Source: Bacillota bacterium (GTDB taxonomy: Bacteria; Bacillota; Clostridia; Peptostreptococcales; Anaerovoracaceae). From it: a stretch of 64,000 nucleotides of DNA. Below, one piece after another: positions 40,520-49,866 of the stretch. The DNA lies in the NCBI GenBank assembly GCA_029239605.1, contig JARBUO010000011.1, positions 1,429-65,428 of the forward strand, read 5' to 3'. The notes under the pieces were generated by a model, which ran no database searches, was not told the DNA's origin, and worked only from the letters and a program-made list of their open reading frames with translations. Both the position numbers and the translations under genes were made by a program. Every line of letters begins with the position of its first letter. The stretch's first letter is position 1.

Positions 40520-42838
40520 ATGGTTCACAATAATTGTATGAGCCCTAAATTTCCACAAGCGCCAAGCCTCCCAACAGAATACGTATGTGTAGAGGTATAC
40601 ACGGTAAAATCCGGGGATACCCTCTATTCCATTTCGCAAAAATACGGAGTTTCCGTAGCAATGCTAATGGAGGCGAATCAAATACTTAACCCCTACAATC
40701 TTCGATATGGACAGAAAATCTGTATTCCGGGGCGGCGCTCTGATTGCGGTTTCCAGAACCCGGAAATGACGAGTCCTGAGATGATTACCATGCCGGAAAT
40801 GTGTCTTGACGACATGACCATGCCGGAAATGACTTGCCCGAAGGAAACACCAATGACCATGCCGGAAATGACTTGCCCTGCACCGCCACCGATGACTATG
40901 CCGGAGATGACTTGCCCTGCTCCGCCGATGATGATCATGCCGGAAATGGAGATGGAAATCGAAATGGAAATTGAAATTCCTGCTCCGTGCCCAGCTCCGC
41001 CACCATGCCCGTCCTGTCCGGAGCCCGTCACGTGTCCAGCCCCGGCCCCATGCCCGGCTCCGGCACCTGCACCAAAACCGACTCCAGCTCCAACACCCGC
41101 GCCGAAGCCGACTCCCAAACCAACCCCGGCTCCAAAACCGGCACCAAGACCTACCCCGGCTCCGGCTCCGGCACCAAGACCTACTCCAGCACCAGCACCA
41201 GCACCGACTCCGGCTCCAACACCAGCACCGGCTCCGACGCCAAGACCTACCCCGGCTCCAGCACCTGCACCAAAACCAACGCCCAAGCCAACGCCAAAAC
41301 CAACTCCCAAGCCCACACCCGCTCCTGCGCCTATGCCAACACCGGTTTGCGACGGTATGGTATACACGATCCAGGCGGGAGATACATTTTACATGCTCGC
41401 AAAACGATATAACATACTATTGGAAGATATCCTCTATGCCAACCCCGGAGTCAATCCTTATAACCTGCAGATAGGACAGCAGGTCTGCATCCCGACTCAT
41501 TTGTCATTACCGGAACAACATAGCGGCGTGTGCAATGGAATCATTCATACGGTCAAACCGGGTGATACGCTTTACATGCTGGCGAAGCAATATAAACTGA
41601 CTTTGGATGATATCATGAACGCCAATCCCCAGGTTGATTGTTACATGCTACAAGTGGGCATGAGACTCTGCATTCCCACTGCAAGAGGTCAAAGCGCTTC
41701 TCTGCCGTCAAGAAGTCCGGCATATCCGCTGAGAAACCCTGCTATGCCGACGACACCAACCATGCCAAGCGCTCCAACAATACCTTCTATGCCAGGAATG
41801 CCGGGCACAGGTACGCCATCCATACCATCGATGCCATCTATGCCCAATATGCCGACCACTCCCATGACGCCGACAATGCCATCCATGCCTGCGACACCGA
41901 TGACACCGATGACACCAACCATGCCATCTATGCCCAATATGCCCATGAGACCAACACCATTTATGCCGAACGCACCCACATCTCCGGCAGGGCCGAATAT
42001 GCCTGGAACTCCAATGACACCAACGTCTCCTATGACGCCAACTATGCCAAACATGGGGCCATCCATGCCATCAACACCAAGCATGCCAAATATGCCGTCA
42101 ACACCAACGATTCCTTCTATGCCGAATATGCCCGGAATGGGAAGCCCATCGATGCCTTCGATGCCAGCCACCCCAAGCATGCCATCAACACCCAGACCCA
42201 CAATGCCGACGGTTCCCACAATCCCAACGCCGAATATGCCAAACCAGACTCCAATGCAGCAGCCATCCAGAACTCCGGAAGCTGCGCCGGCTTGCTCGGG
42301 AACGATCCATACGGTGGCAGCAGGCGACACACTATACATGCTTGCCAGAACTTACAACATTACGCTGGATGCTTTAATGAAAGCAAACCCAACATTGGAT
42401 CCTTACAATCTGCGAATTGGAATGCAGCTTTGCATCCCTGCGCAGGAAAACGGTATGAATAACAACAATAACAATAATATGAACAATACCCCGGCAAATA
42501 TGGGCAATACCGCCAGCAGCCGGGTGTATACCACTCAGCGCGGTGATACGCTCACAAGGATATTGGACCGATATGAGATTTCCTTCGGTGCTCTTCAAAG
42601 TAGTAATCCGAATGTAGATTTTTCAGGCTCCCTTGAAAATATGACGCTAACAATACCCAGTGAGGATCACTTTAAAACCTGCCCAATGGCCGGTGCATAT
42701 ATCGTTAAAACCGGTGACTCTTTGGATTCCATAAGCAAAAAATTGCTTGTGATTACAGACAGTCTGCTGATATCAAATCCAACTTTGACCATTGACGATT
42801 TCAGCATACCGGGAACGAAGGTTTGCATCCCCAACTGA
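40520..42838 (+). CDS. Six-LysM protein with Pro/Met/Thr-rich linkers (SafA-like spore morphogenetic protein candidate)
   Basis: Six (Y/H)TV..GD(T/S)L-type LysM units, most ending CIP; no signal peptide. Confidence 0.8.
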   Translation: MVHNNCMSPKFPQAPSLPTEYVCVEVYTVKSGDTLYSISQKYGVSVAMLMEANQILNPYNLRYGQKICIPGRRSDCGFQNPEMTSPEMITMPEMCLDDMTMPEMTCPKETPMTMPEMTCPAPPPMTMPEMTCPAPPMMIMPEMEMEIEMEIEIPAPCPAPPPCPSCPEPVTCPAPAPCPAPAPAPKPTPAPTPAPKPTPKPTPAPKPAPRPTPAPAPAPRPTPAPAPAPTPAPTPAPAPTPRPTPAPAPAPKPTPKPTPKPTPKPTPAPAPMPTPVCDGMVYTIQAGDTFYMLAKRYNILLEDILYANPGVNPYNLQIGQQVCIPTHLSLPEQHSGVCNGIIHTVKPGDTLYMLAKQYKLTLDDIMNANPQVDCYMLQVGMRLCIPTARGQSASLPSRSPAYPLRNPAMPTTPTMPSAPTIPSMPGMPGTGTPSIPSMPSMPNMPTTPMTPTMPSMPATPMTPMTPTMPSMPNMPMRPTPFMPNAPTSPAGPNMPGTPMTPTSPMTPTMPNMGPSMPSTPSMPNMPSTPTIPSMPNMPGMGSPSMPSMPATPSMPSTPRPTMPTVPTIPTPNMPNQTPMQQPSRTPEAAPACSGTIHTVAAGDTLYMLARTYNITLDALMKANPTLDPYNLRIGMQLCIPAQENGMNNNNNNNMNNTPANMGNTASSRVYTTQRGDTLTRILDRYEISFGALQSSNPNVDFSGSLENMTLTIPSEDHFKTCPMAGAYIVKTGDSLDSISKKLLVITDSLLISNPTLTIDDFSIPGTKVCIPN
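40787..41340 (+). repeat. Coding tandem repeats: MTMPEMTCP units then PAP/PTP/PKP run
   Basis: Repeated ATGCCGGAAATGACTTGCCC and CCGGCTCC/CCAACACC units. Confidence 0.85.
41740..42260 (+). repeat. Coding low-complexity P-x-M tripeptide repeats
   Basis: PSMPNMPTTPMTPTMP... over about 170 codons. Confidence 0.85.
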
Positions 42839-42842
42839 TAAA

Positions 42843-42884
42843 ATAGCCAGAGCATTCATAACAATGATACTCTGGCTTTCTTTC
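42843..42884. terminator. Terminator between the convergent LysM gene and glyA
   Basis: AGCCAGAG...CTCTGGCT followed by TTCTTT. Confidence 0.65.
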
Positions 42885-42962
42885 TATATTTTCATTATTT
42901 AGCTTTAAAGCACTGCTATCTATGTGCTCATCAGACTAGCGTTTGCTGTCGCCGCAACGCGG

Positions 42963-44204
42963 TTATCGGTACAGCGGGTAAGCATTGCAAAGTTCCTGCA
43001 CAATGTTCTTCGCTTTTTCGGCAGAGGTTGTATCGCCCGGGTTGTTCAAAAGCAAACCGATTGCTTCAACGACCTTGGCGATTTCCGGCTCTTTAAAGCC
43101 TCGGGTTGTCATAGCGGGGGTTCCCAATCTCACACCGCTTGTGACAAAGGGACCATTGGGATCATTGGGTATTGTGTTTTTATTTGTAGTGATTCCGGCT
43201 TCGTCAAGGATCTTTTCCGCTTCTTTACCTGTGATATTTTTGTTAGTCAGGTTGAGCAGTACCAGATGATTATCCGTTCCTCCCGAAACCAGTTTGAAAT
43301 CCCGTGCAAGGAGTTCATCCGCCATTTTCTGCGCGTTCAGCAGAACCTGTTTCTGGTAAGCAACAAATTCTTCGGTGGAAGCTTCCTTAAAACATACTGC
43401 CTTTCCTGCAATAATGTGCATCAAAGGTCCACCCTGGATTCCGGGGAAAATCGCTTTATCGATAAGCTTTCCGAATTCTTCTTTTCCAAGAATCGCACCG
43501 CCTCTCGGACCGCGCAGGGTTTTATGGGTCGTAGTTGTGACCACATGGGCATGCTCTACCGGATTCGGATGGAATCCTGCAGCAACCAGTCCTGCAAAAT
43601 GTGCCATATCTACCATGAGCAGTGCGCCAACTTCATCTGCAATTTCACGGAACTTAACCGCTTCTATAATTCTTGGGTAGGCGCTGGCACCGGCTACAAT
43701 CATTTTAGGCTTATTTTCAAGAGCCAGCTTTCTTACCGCATCAAAATCAATTCTTTCGGTCTCAGAATCTACTTTGTAGGGAACAAAATTAAAATATTTT
43801 CCCGACATGTTAACGGGACTTCCATGGGTCAGGTGCCCTCCATTGGATAGATCCATGCCTAACACGGTATCGCCTGGCTCAAGCAGCGAAAAGTAAACGG
43901 CGATATTTGCGCTGGAGCCGGAATGGGGCTGAACGTTGGCATATTCCGCATGAAAAAGTTCTTTTGCACGCTCGATGGCTAAATTTTCTGCCTCATCAAC
44001 GTGTTCACAGCCTCCATAATATCTCTTTCCGGGATAACCCTCCGCATATTTATTTGTCAGCGCACTTCCGCATGCTTCCATAACAGCGCTGCTTGTAAAA
44101 TTCTCTGATGCAATCAGTTCAATTTTATTTTCCTGTCTTGCCATTTCTCTGCGAATTACGGCACTAATTTCAGGATCTACCTTATCCATATTGTTAAAAT
44201 ACAT
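42963..44204 (-). CDS. glyA: Serine hydroxymethyltransferase
   Basis: [33 protein letters not shown]. Confidence 0.98.
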   Translation of the reverse strand: MYFNNMDKVDPEISAVIRREMARQENKIELIASENFTSSAVMEACGSALTNKYAEGYPGKRYYGGCEHVDEAENLAIERAKELFHAEYANVQPHSGSSANIAVYFSLLEPGDTVLGMDLSNGGHLTHGSPVNMSGKYFNFVPYKVDSETERIDFDAVRKLALENKPKMIVAGASAYPRIIEAVKFREIADEVGALLMVDMAHFAGLVAAGFHPNPVEHAHVVTTTTHKTLRGPRGGAILGKEEFGKLIDKAIFPGIQGGPLMHIIAGKAVCFKEASTEEFVAYQKQVLLNAQKMADELLARDFKLVSGGTDNHLVLLNLTNKNITGKEAEKILDEAGITTNKNTIPNDPNGPFVTSGVRLGTPAMTTRGFKEPEIAKVVEAIGLLLNNPGDTTSAEKAKNIVQELCNAYPLYR

Positions 44205-44233
44205 TTGCGTTCCCCTTTCATCATAATGGTATC

Positions 44234-44262
44234 ATTATATAGAAATTTTCTATAATTATCAA
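44234..44262 (-). promoter_or_regulatory. glyA sigma-A promoter with a palindrome in the spacer
   Basis: TTGATA-N17-TATAAT; TATAGAAA-T-TTTCTATA at 44238-44254. Confidence 0.6.
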
Positions 44263-44366
44263 GTTTTTTTATCGATATTCCAGCTTTCTGAAAGCGCAAT
44301 GGAAAACGAATTGAGATTGATCTGATTTTCAATTAATGTGCCATTGTAGAATAGCAGGAACGAAAC

Positions 44367-44400
44367 AAAAAAACTGCGGTTTACTCCGCAGTTTTTTTTC
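44367..44400 (-). terminator. Terminator of the ABC transporter operon
   Basis: AAAAAAACTGCGG...CCGCAGTTTTTTT. Confidence 0.8.
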
Positions 44401-44466
44401 TGAAAATGCCTCATCGGTAAGGATGGTTGGTTATGAGGCATCTTCTTTATGGGAAACTCCTCCGTT

Positions 44467-45291
44467 TTAATGGGCCATAAAACGGGTGAGAAATTCCTTC
44501 GTTCTTTCTTCTCTCGGTCTAGTAAACAGGACCTCCGGGCGGTCATCTTCCACGATTACGCCGCGGTCCATGAATACGGTCCTCGTTGATACATCCCGGG
44601 CAAATGCCATTTCATGTGTCACAATGATCATGGTAAGTCCTTCCTTAGCAAGGGTTCTCATCACATCCAGAACCTCGCCCACCATTTCCGGGTCCAGCGC
44701 ACTGGTGGGTTCATCAAATAACAGCACTTCCGGTTCCATGGACAGAGCTCTTGCGATGGCAACCCTTTGCTGCTGACCTCCTGATAACTGATGGGGCTTT
44801 GCATTGATATACGGGGCCATTCCCACCTTCATCAGATATTGGATGGAGCGTGCTTTGGCCTCTTCCCTGGAGAGCTTTAAAACCTTTCTGAGCCCCAGCA
44901 TGCAGTTATCCAAAACCGTGAGGTTGGAAAAGAGATTAAACTGTTGAAACACCATTCCCACTTTTGAACGGTAGTCTGCAGTATGCACCCCTGTAGCCGG
45001 TACGGACTTTCCTTTGTGCAGTACCAAACCGCTGCTGGGTGTCTCAAGCATGTTGATACATCGTAGAAGGGTTGATTTTCCTGAGCCTGATGCTCCTATG
45101 ATGCAGATCACATCCCTGGGATATGTCTTAAAGTCAATATCAAGCAAAACCTGATGATCGCCAAAGGCTTTGCCCAAGTGCTGTATTTCCAAAATAGGCT
45201 CTCTTTCAACCCATTCATTTGCTCTTCTTTTGATATCAGAACCATCCTGATTTTTCATTGCTTCTGCTTTCATTCTAGTTCCTCCCTCCAA
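44467..45291 (-). CDS. Polar amino-acid ABC transporter ATP-binding protein (true start probably 45273)
   Basis: [40 protein letters not shown]. Confidence 0.95.
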   Translation of the reverse strand: MEGGTRMKAEAMKNQDGSDIKRRANEWVEREPILEIQHLGKAFGDHQVLLDIDFKTYPRDVICIIGASGSGKSTLLRCINMLETPSSGLVLHKGKSVPATGVHTADYRSKVGMVFQQFNLFSNLTVLDNCMLGLRKVLKLSREEAKARSIQYLMKVGMAPYINAKPHQLSGGQQQRVAIARALSMEPEVLLFDEPTSALDPEMVGEVLDVMRTLAKEGLTMIIVTHEMAFARDVSTRTVFMDRGVIVEDDRPEVLFTRPREERTKEFLTRFMAH

Positions 45292-46096
45292 AGCCCTTTT
45301 TCATATCGATAACTGATGAACCGTTCCCATACGTATCATCCATGAAATCCGTAGCCAACTGGTAGCTTCTCGGCCCCTGCAGCTTTTTTTCCATCAGACG
45401 CAACAGACGTGACAAAGTAAATGTCATAAACAGATAAATTGCACAGGCAATCAAAAAGGGTTCAAAATAGCGATAATAGGTGCCAACAACGGAGCTTGTG
45501 GTGAAAAATAGCTCACTGCAGGAGATCACATTCAGAACGGAGGTGTCTTTGATATTAATAATAAGATTATTGCCGATCTGCGGCAGGATGTTTAGAAGTG
45601 CCTGAGGCAGAATGACAAAAAGCATCGTAGAATAGTGCCTTAGTCCCAGTGCTTTCGCCGCTTCGATTTGACCCGCGTTGATTGACTGGATGCCCCCGCG
45701 TACGGTCTCTGCCATGTAAGCTCCCGTATTGATGGACACAACGATAAAGCTGGCGGCAATGGGATCAAGATTCAGCCGGAACAGTGTATCGGAACCGTAA
45801 TAAATCACCATTGCCTGAACCATCATTGGGGTTCCCCGGAATACTTCTACGTAAACGGACAGGAACAGGTTCACGATTTTAAGAATCAGCCGCTTCCAAA
45901 GCGGGTCCGAATTTCCGAGTTCTATGGTCTGAACAATGCCGACCATAAATCCGATCACGCATCCGATCAGGGTGCTGATCACTGCAATCTCAAGAGTTAG
46001 GGCAGCTCCTTTTAGAAAGGAGACCCCGTATTTATCGAGAAAAAGCATGATCCATTCCAATGAATTTTGCGGTGCTGAAGAGCCCATATTCAACAC
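45275..46096 (-). CDS. Polar amino-acid ABC transporter permease
   Basis: FRGTP, AY.AE..RGG, EAA.ALG, PQA, KDTS. Confidence 0.94.
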   Translation of the reverse strand: MLNMGSSAPQNSLEWIMLFLDKYGVSFLKGAALTLEIAVISTLIGCVIGFMVGIVQTIELGNSDPLWKRLILKIVNLFLSVYVEVFRGTPMMVQAMVIYYGSDTLFRLNLDPIAASFIVVSINTGAYMAETVRGGIQSINAGQIEAAKALGLRHYSTMLFVILPQALLNILPQIGNNLIINIKDTSVLNVISCSELFFTTSSVVGTYYRYFEPFLIACAIYLFMTFTLSRLLRLMEKKLQGPRSYQLATDFMDDTYGNGSSVIDMKKGFGGRN

Positions 46097-46209
46097 TCCT
46101 TTCGTCCTTTATGCTCAAGTATCATGTCGTGCTGCAAACAGAGTTTTAGTCTGGAGAACCAAAACCTGCTTATGATAAATTTTTCCTAAAAGCCTTCTTT
46201 GGAGCTGTT

Positions 46210-47076
46210 CTATTGAGCCAAAGGCTGCTTTGCGACAGCTTCATCCATCATTGCCTCAATGTCTGCTTCTGTAAAGTTGGAAACTGCGGCATTTACTGCG
46301 TCCAGCAGTTCCGTATTTCCTTTTTTCACGCCAATTCCCATGTTGACATCACCCGGCTCCACTTTGAAATCACCGCCGGAGAGATCTAGAATTACGATAT
46401 CGGAATTGGAATACTGAGCAGCGATTGCGGTGGGCATATCAACTACAACAGCATCGGATTTTCCCGAAGTCAGGGAAACAATGACATTCGGTACAGTATC
46501 AAGGGCTGTAGTTTTCTTTACTCCCGGGATCTGGTCAATCATATCGTACCATACGGAATTTAGCTGAGAGGTTACCCGCGCTCCGGAAAGTTCCGCAAGA
46601 GATTTCGCTCCTTCAAAGGCATTTCCCTTTGTCGTAATCGCTACAATACCAGCTTTATAATACACATCGGAGAAGTCAATGCTCATACTTCTTTCCTCTG
46701 TGATACACATACCTGCAATTACAGCGTCGATCTTATCGGATTGAAGTGCCGGGATTAAACCATCCCATTCGATTTTATACACCTCCAGTTTCGCACCCAT
46801 GGATTCGGCCACTTTCTTGGCCACCATCACATCATAACCATAGGCATAATCATTTGTCCCTGAAATGGGCACTGCCCCGTTGGAATCATCCGGCTGAGTC
46901 CAGTTAAAGGGAGCATAGGCACATTCCATACCCACACGAAGCACTTTTTCAGGACTTTCCCCTTCCTGCCCGTCGGTGCTTACGGGATCAGAACCGGAAG
47001 ATCCGCATGCGATCAGCCCAAAACAGACCGACGACACTAATAAAATGAGTAAAATAATAGAAATTGCTTTTTTCAT
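46210..47076 (-). CDS. Polar amino-acid ABC transporter substrate-binding lipoprotein
   Basis: Lipobox LIAC; YAPF, GYD, WDGLIPAL, T.ER..DFS. Confidence 0.93.
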   Translation of the reverse strand: MKKAISIILLILLVSSVCFGLIACGSSGSDPVSTDGQEGESPEKVLRVGMECAYAPFNWTQPDDSNGAVPISGTNDYAYGYDVMVAKKVAESMGAKLEVYKIEWDGLIPALQSDKIDAVIAGMCITEERSMSIDFSDVYYKAGIVAITTKGNAFEGAKSLAELSGARVTSQLNSVWYDMIDQIPGVKKTTALDTVPNVIVSLTSGKSDAVVVDMPTAIAAQYSNSDIVILDLSGGDFKVEPGDVNMGIGVKKGNTELLDAVNAAVSNFTEADIEAMMDEAVAKQPLAQ

Positions 47077-47167
47077 GGCCGCTACCTTCTTTCATGTACT
47101 GATTTGTCGTTCAGGAATCGGTCAAGCCCCTCCTCCTGACCACAGGATCGGTGTGATGCCGATCAAT

Positions 47168-47203
47168 AAAAAAGACGCCAACCGTATTACGGCTGACATC
47201 TTT
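47168..47203 (-). terminator. Terminator-like hairpin downstream of cls and inside the ABC operon leader
   Basis: GATGTCAGCCGT-AAT-ACGGTTGGCGTC-TTTTTT on the minus strand. Confidence 0.65.
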
Positions 47204-47222
47204 GTCAATGAATATTGAATTC

Positions 47223-47251
47223 ATTATAGGAATTCCACATCTATTTGTCAA
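47223..47251 (-). promoter_or_regulatory. Perfect sigma-A promoter for the amino-acid ABC operon
   Basis: TTGACA-N17-TATAAT on the minus strand. Confidence 0.8.
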
Positions 47252-47273
47252 GACTTTTCTGGATATTTTGTAT

Positions 47274-48734
47274 TTAAAGCAAATCCGAAAGCAGTCTGGA
47301 AATAGACTCCTTAAACTTGATTACCAAGGGTCTGCTGCGGTAGAGATGTTTTGTCAATTCGTGAGCGTGCATCATATCGGTTTCAAATATGGCTTCCAGC
47401 TTATAAACCTCTGCCGCATCGTAAATAAATGCGTTGGCTTCGAAATTTAGTCGGAAACTTCGGATATCAAAGTTTGCCGAACCGATGGAAGCAATCTCTC
47501 CGTCCACACAAACGGTTTTGGCATGTAGAAATCCATTGTCATAGATATAAATCTTAGCGCCAAGATTCAGAAGAATTCCAACATAGGAATACGTAGCCCA
47601 GTAAACAAACATGTGATCCGGCATGCAGGGAATCATGATCCTGACATCCACTCCAGACAGAACGGCTGTCTTCAAGCTTTCGAGAATGCTGGCATCTGGC
47701 ACAAAATACGGTGTCTGGATATAGATATTCTTCTTCGCCGACGATATCATCTTCAGGTATCCCTGTTTAATCTCTTCTTTTGAGGAGTCAGGACCACAGG
47801 AAACAATTTGAATCCCTGTCGTCCCCGCCTGGAAAGGTTCATCATAGTAGGCTTGTGAGAGCACGAGTTTCTCCTTTGACGCAAACCTCCAGTCTAGAAT
47901 GAATCTGGCATTCATATCCTGAACGCAGGACCCCATCAGGCGCAGATGGGTATCTCTCCAAAAACCAAACTTCTTCTTTTTGCCCACATATTCATTTCCC
48001 ACGTTGAAACCGCCCAAATAGCCCACCGCACCGTCAATTACTACCAGCTTTCTGTGGTTTCTGTAGTTCAGCTTCAGGTTCAAATACTTGAACATCGGAG
48101 GAAAGAAATAAGCATACTGACCTCCCGCCTGACGCAGCGGTTCCAGATGCTTCTTGGAGATCTGACGGCTTCCCATGGCATCAATTAAAAACCGAACTTC
48201 GACACCTTCTCTGGCCTTTTCGGTAAGCGCATCGATCAGGAGCCGACCCATACTGTCGTTCTTCACGATAAAATACATGATATTAATCGTCCGTCTGGCG
48301 TTTTTAATATCTTTCAGCAAACTGGCAAATTTATGATTCCCGTCAGTGAGTACTGTGATCTTGTTATCCTGAGTAAAAAAAGATTCACTATAGCTTTGAT
48401 GAAGCCGGATCATATCCTGCCACTTCCTGGATTCCGGATTGGAAAACACAAATTCATTGTGCTTAATTGCATTGATCTGCTCATTCAGCGAGGCATTGAT
48501 AATCGCTTCCTCATACTTTGTCATCCTGAAGATTCTCTGTCTCGCAATATTCTGTGAAAACAAAAAATAAAAAATAATCCCCGCTGCAGGAACGAGAAAT
48601 AAAATCATGATCCAGGCCAGAGTAGCCGAGGGGTTTTTCCTTTCCAAAAATATAATCGTAAGTGCGATGATAAAATTGATCAGGAAAAGCCCCGTTATTA
48701 AAGCAGACATATCTAAAAAAGCAATAGAGAACAT
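47274..48734 (-). CDS. cls: Cardiolipin synthase
   Basis: Two N-terminal TMs; HRKLVVID and HAKTVCVD HKD motifs. Confidence 0.95.
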   Translation of the reverse strand: MFSIAFLDMSALITGLFLINFIIALTIIFLERKNPSATLAWIMILFLVPAAGIIFYFLFSQNIARQRIFRMTKYEEAIINASLNEQINAIKHNEFVFSNPESRKWQDMIRLHQSYSESFFTQDNKITVLTDGNHKFASLLKDIKNARRTINIMYFIVKNDSMGRLLIDALTEKAREGVEVRFLIDAMGSRQISKKHLEPLRQAGGQYAYFFPPMFKYLNLKLNYRNHRKLVVIDGAVGYLGGFNVGNEYVGKKKKFGFWRDTHLRLMGSCVQDMNARFILDWRFASKEKLVLSQAYYDEPFQAGTTGIQIVSCGPDSSKEEIKQGYLKMISSAKKNIYIQTPYFVPDASILESLKTAVLSGVDVRIMIPCMPDHMFVYWATYSYVGILLNLGAKIYIYDNGFLHAKTVCVDGEIASIGSANFDIRSFRLNFEANAFIYDAAEVYKLEAIFETDMMHAHELTKHLYRSRPLVIKFKESISRLLSDLL

Positions 48735-48847
48735 AGCGCCTCAACTCTTCCGTATGGTTCACTGAGAACTTGAATGGATTCATTAAGTTTCAAAGAAAAC
48801 AACGAATCTGCCCGAATCATCGGACGATTCGTTTGTATGGAAAAAGC

Positions 48848-49177
48848 TTAAAGAGAGATCAAAGCATCCAGCTTTTCTTCCAGAACGTTTTGCGGCAAAG
48901 CGCCAGAAATCCGTTCTTTCACCTCACCGTCCTTAATAAAGAATAAGGTGGGGATGCTCATGACTTTATTTGCAATAGCAAGTTTGCGCTGCTCATCAAT
49001 ATTGATCTTGCAGATCTTTGCTTTGCCTTCGTATTTTGTTGCTAATTCCTCAATGACTGGTCCGATCATTTTACAGGGGCCGCACCAATCTGCATAAAAG
49101 TCTACAAGTACAGGAACATCGGCTCCCATTGCTTCACTTTCATAATTTTCGTCATTCAGATAAACAATGTCCTTCAT
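48848..49177 (-). CDS. trxA: Thioredoxin
   Basis: DFYADWCGPCK; start reassigned to ATG 49177 after GGAGGT. Confidence 0.95.
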   Translation of the reverse strand: MKDIVYLNDENYESEAMGADVPVLVDFYADWCGPCKMIGPVIEELATKYEGKAKICKINIDEQRKLAIANKVMSIPTLFFIKDGEVKERISGALPQNVLEEKLDALISL

Positions 49178-49285
49178 AAAATTACCTCCATATATTTTAC
49201 CATCGTTGGTAGGATAAATTAATTTGATTACGGGATTTTCCACGGCGAATTTCTGCCTTGCAAAGACTATGGCAGCGCTATGTAA

Positions 49286-49711
49286 TTACAGTCTCGGCTC
49301 TGCAGGAGCAATCCGCTTTGTGATTGTGACGGAATAGCTCGGCCGAAAATTTCGTCTGAACCTTATATTGACGACAACCGCCACAGCAAGCATCAGGAAA
49401 GCCAAACCCACTGCCGCGCCTCCGCCGTTCTGACCCGGAAAAATCATTCCTCCAAGAGTCAGGCCTGTGAAGAACAAAATAACGGGAAGAAGGTATACGA
49501 CCATAAATTCAGTTGACGAAAACTTCTTTTGTACATTCACATCAACCATCTCCCCCTTTTGAGCCCTCACCGGATTTCCTGCTTCAAAGATAGACCCCGG
49601 ATGCATGTGCTTATTGCAGGAACCGCAACCGGAACATTTTTTATGCTTATAAAGCATCACTTTCGCAGTGTTCTCATTGATTACTTCCAGGACATCAGCT
49701 GATTTTTTCAT
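49286..49711 (-). CDS. RseC/MucC family membrane protein
   Basis: CSGCGSC, GEMV.V, Y.LP and two TM helices. Confidence 0.75.
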   Translation of the reverse strand: MKKSADVLEVINENTAKVMLYKHKKCSGCGSCNKHMHPGSIFEAGNPVRAQKGEMVDVNVQKKFSSTEFMVVYLLPVILFFTGLTLGGMIFPGQNGGGAAVGLAFLMLAVAVVVNIRFRRNFRPSYSVTITKRIAPAEPRL

Positions 49712-49866
49712 TCAAATCCCCTCGCTGCATCAGTGCCGGTACCGCGTAAACCTTACGGCAGATATAACTTATCTTGATCCTTATTTTATTTATTATACCA
49801 CCTGACATCTTCGATAAACAATGTTTTTATCTCAGAGACCCCTCTTGAGTCTCAGAACGATTGGCA

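Noticed and set aside
40787-41340. Tandem repeats as a possible CRISPR array
   Set aside because: In-frame codon repeats with no unique spacers and no cas genes
40693-42462. Gly/Val/Ala-rich silk-like minus-strand ORFs and alternative-frame ORFs
   Set aside because: By-products of the Pro-rich repeats of the LysM gene
42924-43850. 308-aa ORF antisense to glyA
   Set aside because: Shadow ORF of a highly conserved gene
47207-47225. ArgR box call upstream of the amino-acid ABC operon
   Set aside because: Half-sites TGAAT/ATTCA are separated by 5 nt rather than the canonical 4
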